This document shows, piece after piece, positions 63,331 through 64,000 of a stretch of 64,000 nt of DNA. Within the stretch, counting starts at the first letter, position 1, and each line of letters starts with the position of its first letter. The notes beneath the pieces were generated by a model. The model worked only from the letters and a program-made list of their open reading frames with translations, had not been told where the DNA came from and did not search any database. Origin of the DNA: Bacteroidota bacterium (GTDB lineage Bacteria > Bacteroidota > Bacteroidia > Chitinophagales > Chitinophagaceae); the NCBI GenBank assembly GCA_023412975.1, contig JAEZRB010000152.1:998-64997 (forward strand), written 5' to 3'. The position numbers and the translations under genes are program-made.

Positions 63331-64000
63331 TTATCGACGATGAGAGAACAACCAGTTTAAAAAATCAGGTTCGGCAAATGCCGGGTCCCAGCTATTATGA
63401 CCCGCGTCTGGATATACAGTAAATTTTACAGGTGCATTCACTTCTTTCAGTGCTTTGACCATTTCCTCTGAATACTTTAGGGGTACCGTTAAATCCTGCG
63501 CTCCATGAAATACCCACCAGCTGGTCGATTTCAATTTCTCAGCTGTAGATGGAGCACCTCCACCACAAATTGGAATGGCAGCAGCAAACAAACCAGGATT
63601 ACGGCGTACGATTTCGAATGTCCCCATTCCCCCCATCGACAACCCCATCACATACACCTGCATTTTTTCCACAGGATACTTTTGGGTCAAATGATGGAGC
63701 AGCTCCTGAGCCATTTTCATTGCAGACGTTGGCTCTAAATCGGCACTGAAAATAAATTGCCGCTTTCCAGCAGAGTCATTCTTGAAACTTACATTGCTCC
63801 AAAAACTATTCGAGGGGCATTGAGGGAAGATCACGATGGCAGGATGTTTTGTCCGTGCATCATCACTCAAAAACAACTTGGAGCCATGAATTAATTGTTT
63901 CTCATTATCGTTGCCGCGTTCCCCTGCTCCATGCAGGAATAACACAAGCGGGTATTTTTTTGACGCATCATAGTTGGCTGGCAATAACAATCGGTAAGGG
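63331..64000 (-). CDS. Alpha/beta-hydrolase (carboxylesterase/peptidase-like), start outside window
   Basis: FLHGAGERG, GLSMGG, FHGAQD, GHNSW. Confidence 0.85.
   Translation of the reverse strand, partial: PYRLLLPANYDASKKYPLVLFLHGAGERGNDNEKQLIHGSKLFLSDDARTKHPAIVIFPQCPSNSFWSNVSFKNDSAGKRQFIFSADLEPTSAMKMAQELLHHLTQKYPVEKMQVYVMGLSMGGMGTFEIVRRNPGLFAAAIPICGGGAPSTAEKLKSTSWWVFHGAQDLTVPLKYSEEMVKALKEVNAPVKFTVYPDAGHNSWDPAFAEPDFLNWLFSHRR

Overview
Bacteroidota DNA, Chitinophagaceae-like (TAnnTTTG promoters, SusC/SusD pairs, T9SS C-terminal domains, rplM-rpsI-rpsB-tsf). 1-5.7 kb is accessory: a group IIC intron inserted just after the terminator of an orphan Rhs toxin (Ntox44-like)/immunity pair. The intron is interrupted by a complete IS66 (TIRs, 8-bp TSD) and apparently by a second element whose structured non-coding end (IS110 bridge-RNA-like or retron-like) runs off the window. 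5.8-12.3 kb is a five-gene membrane signalling operon: FHA-TM-trypsin protease, two Hanks kinases, PP2C phosphatase, outer-membrane beta-barrel. Next come GH43, ribosomal genes, a haloperoxidase/TonB/ASPIC-UnbV/DUF3179 cluster, two SusCD loci plus a GH13 amylase sharing three TGTGT-N7-ACACA (NrtR-type) boxes, ligA, asd with a Met/Lys/Thr leader-peptide attenuator, TetR-paaE and GH30. Family calls come from visual motif recognition; no searches were run.
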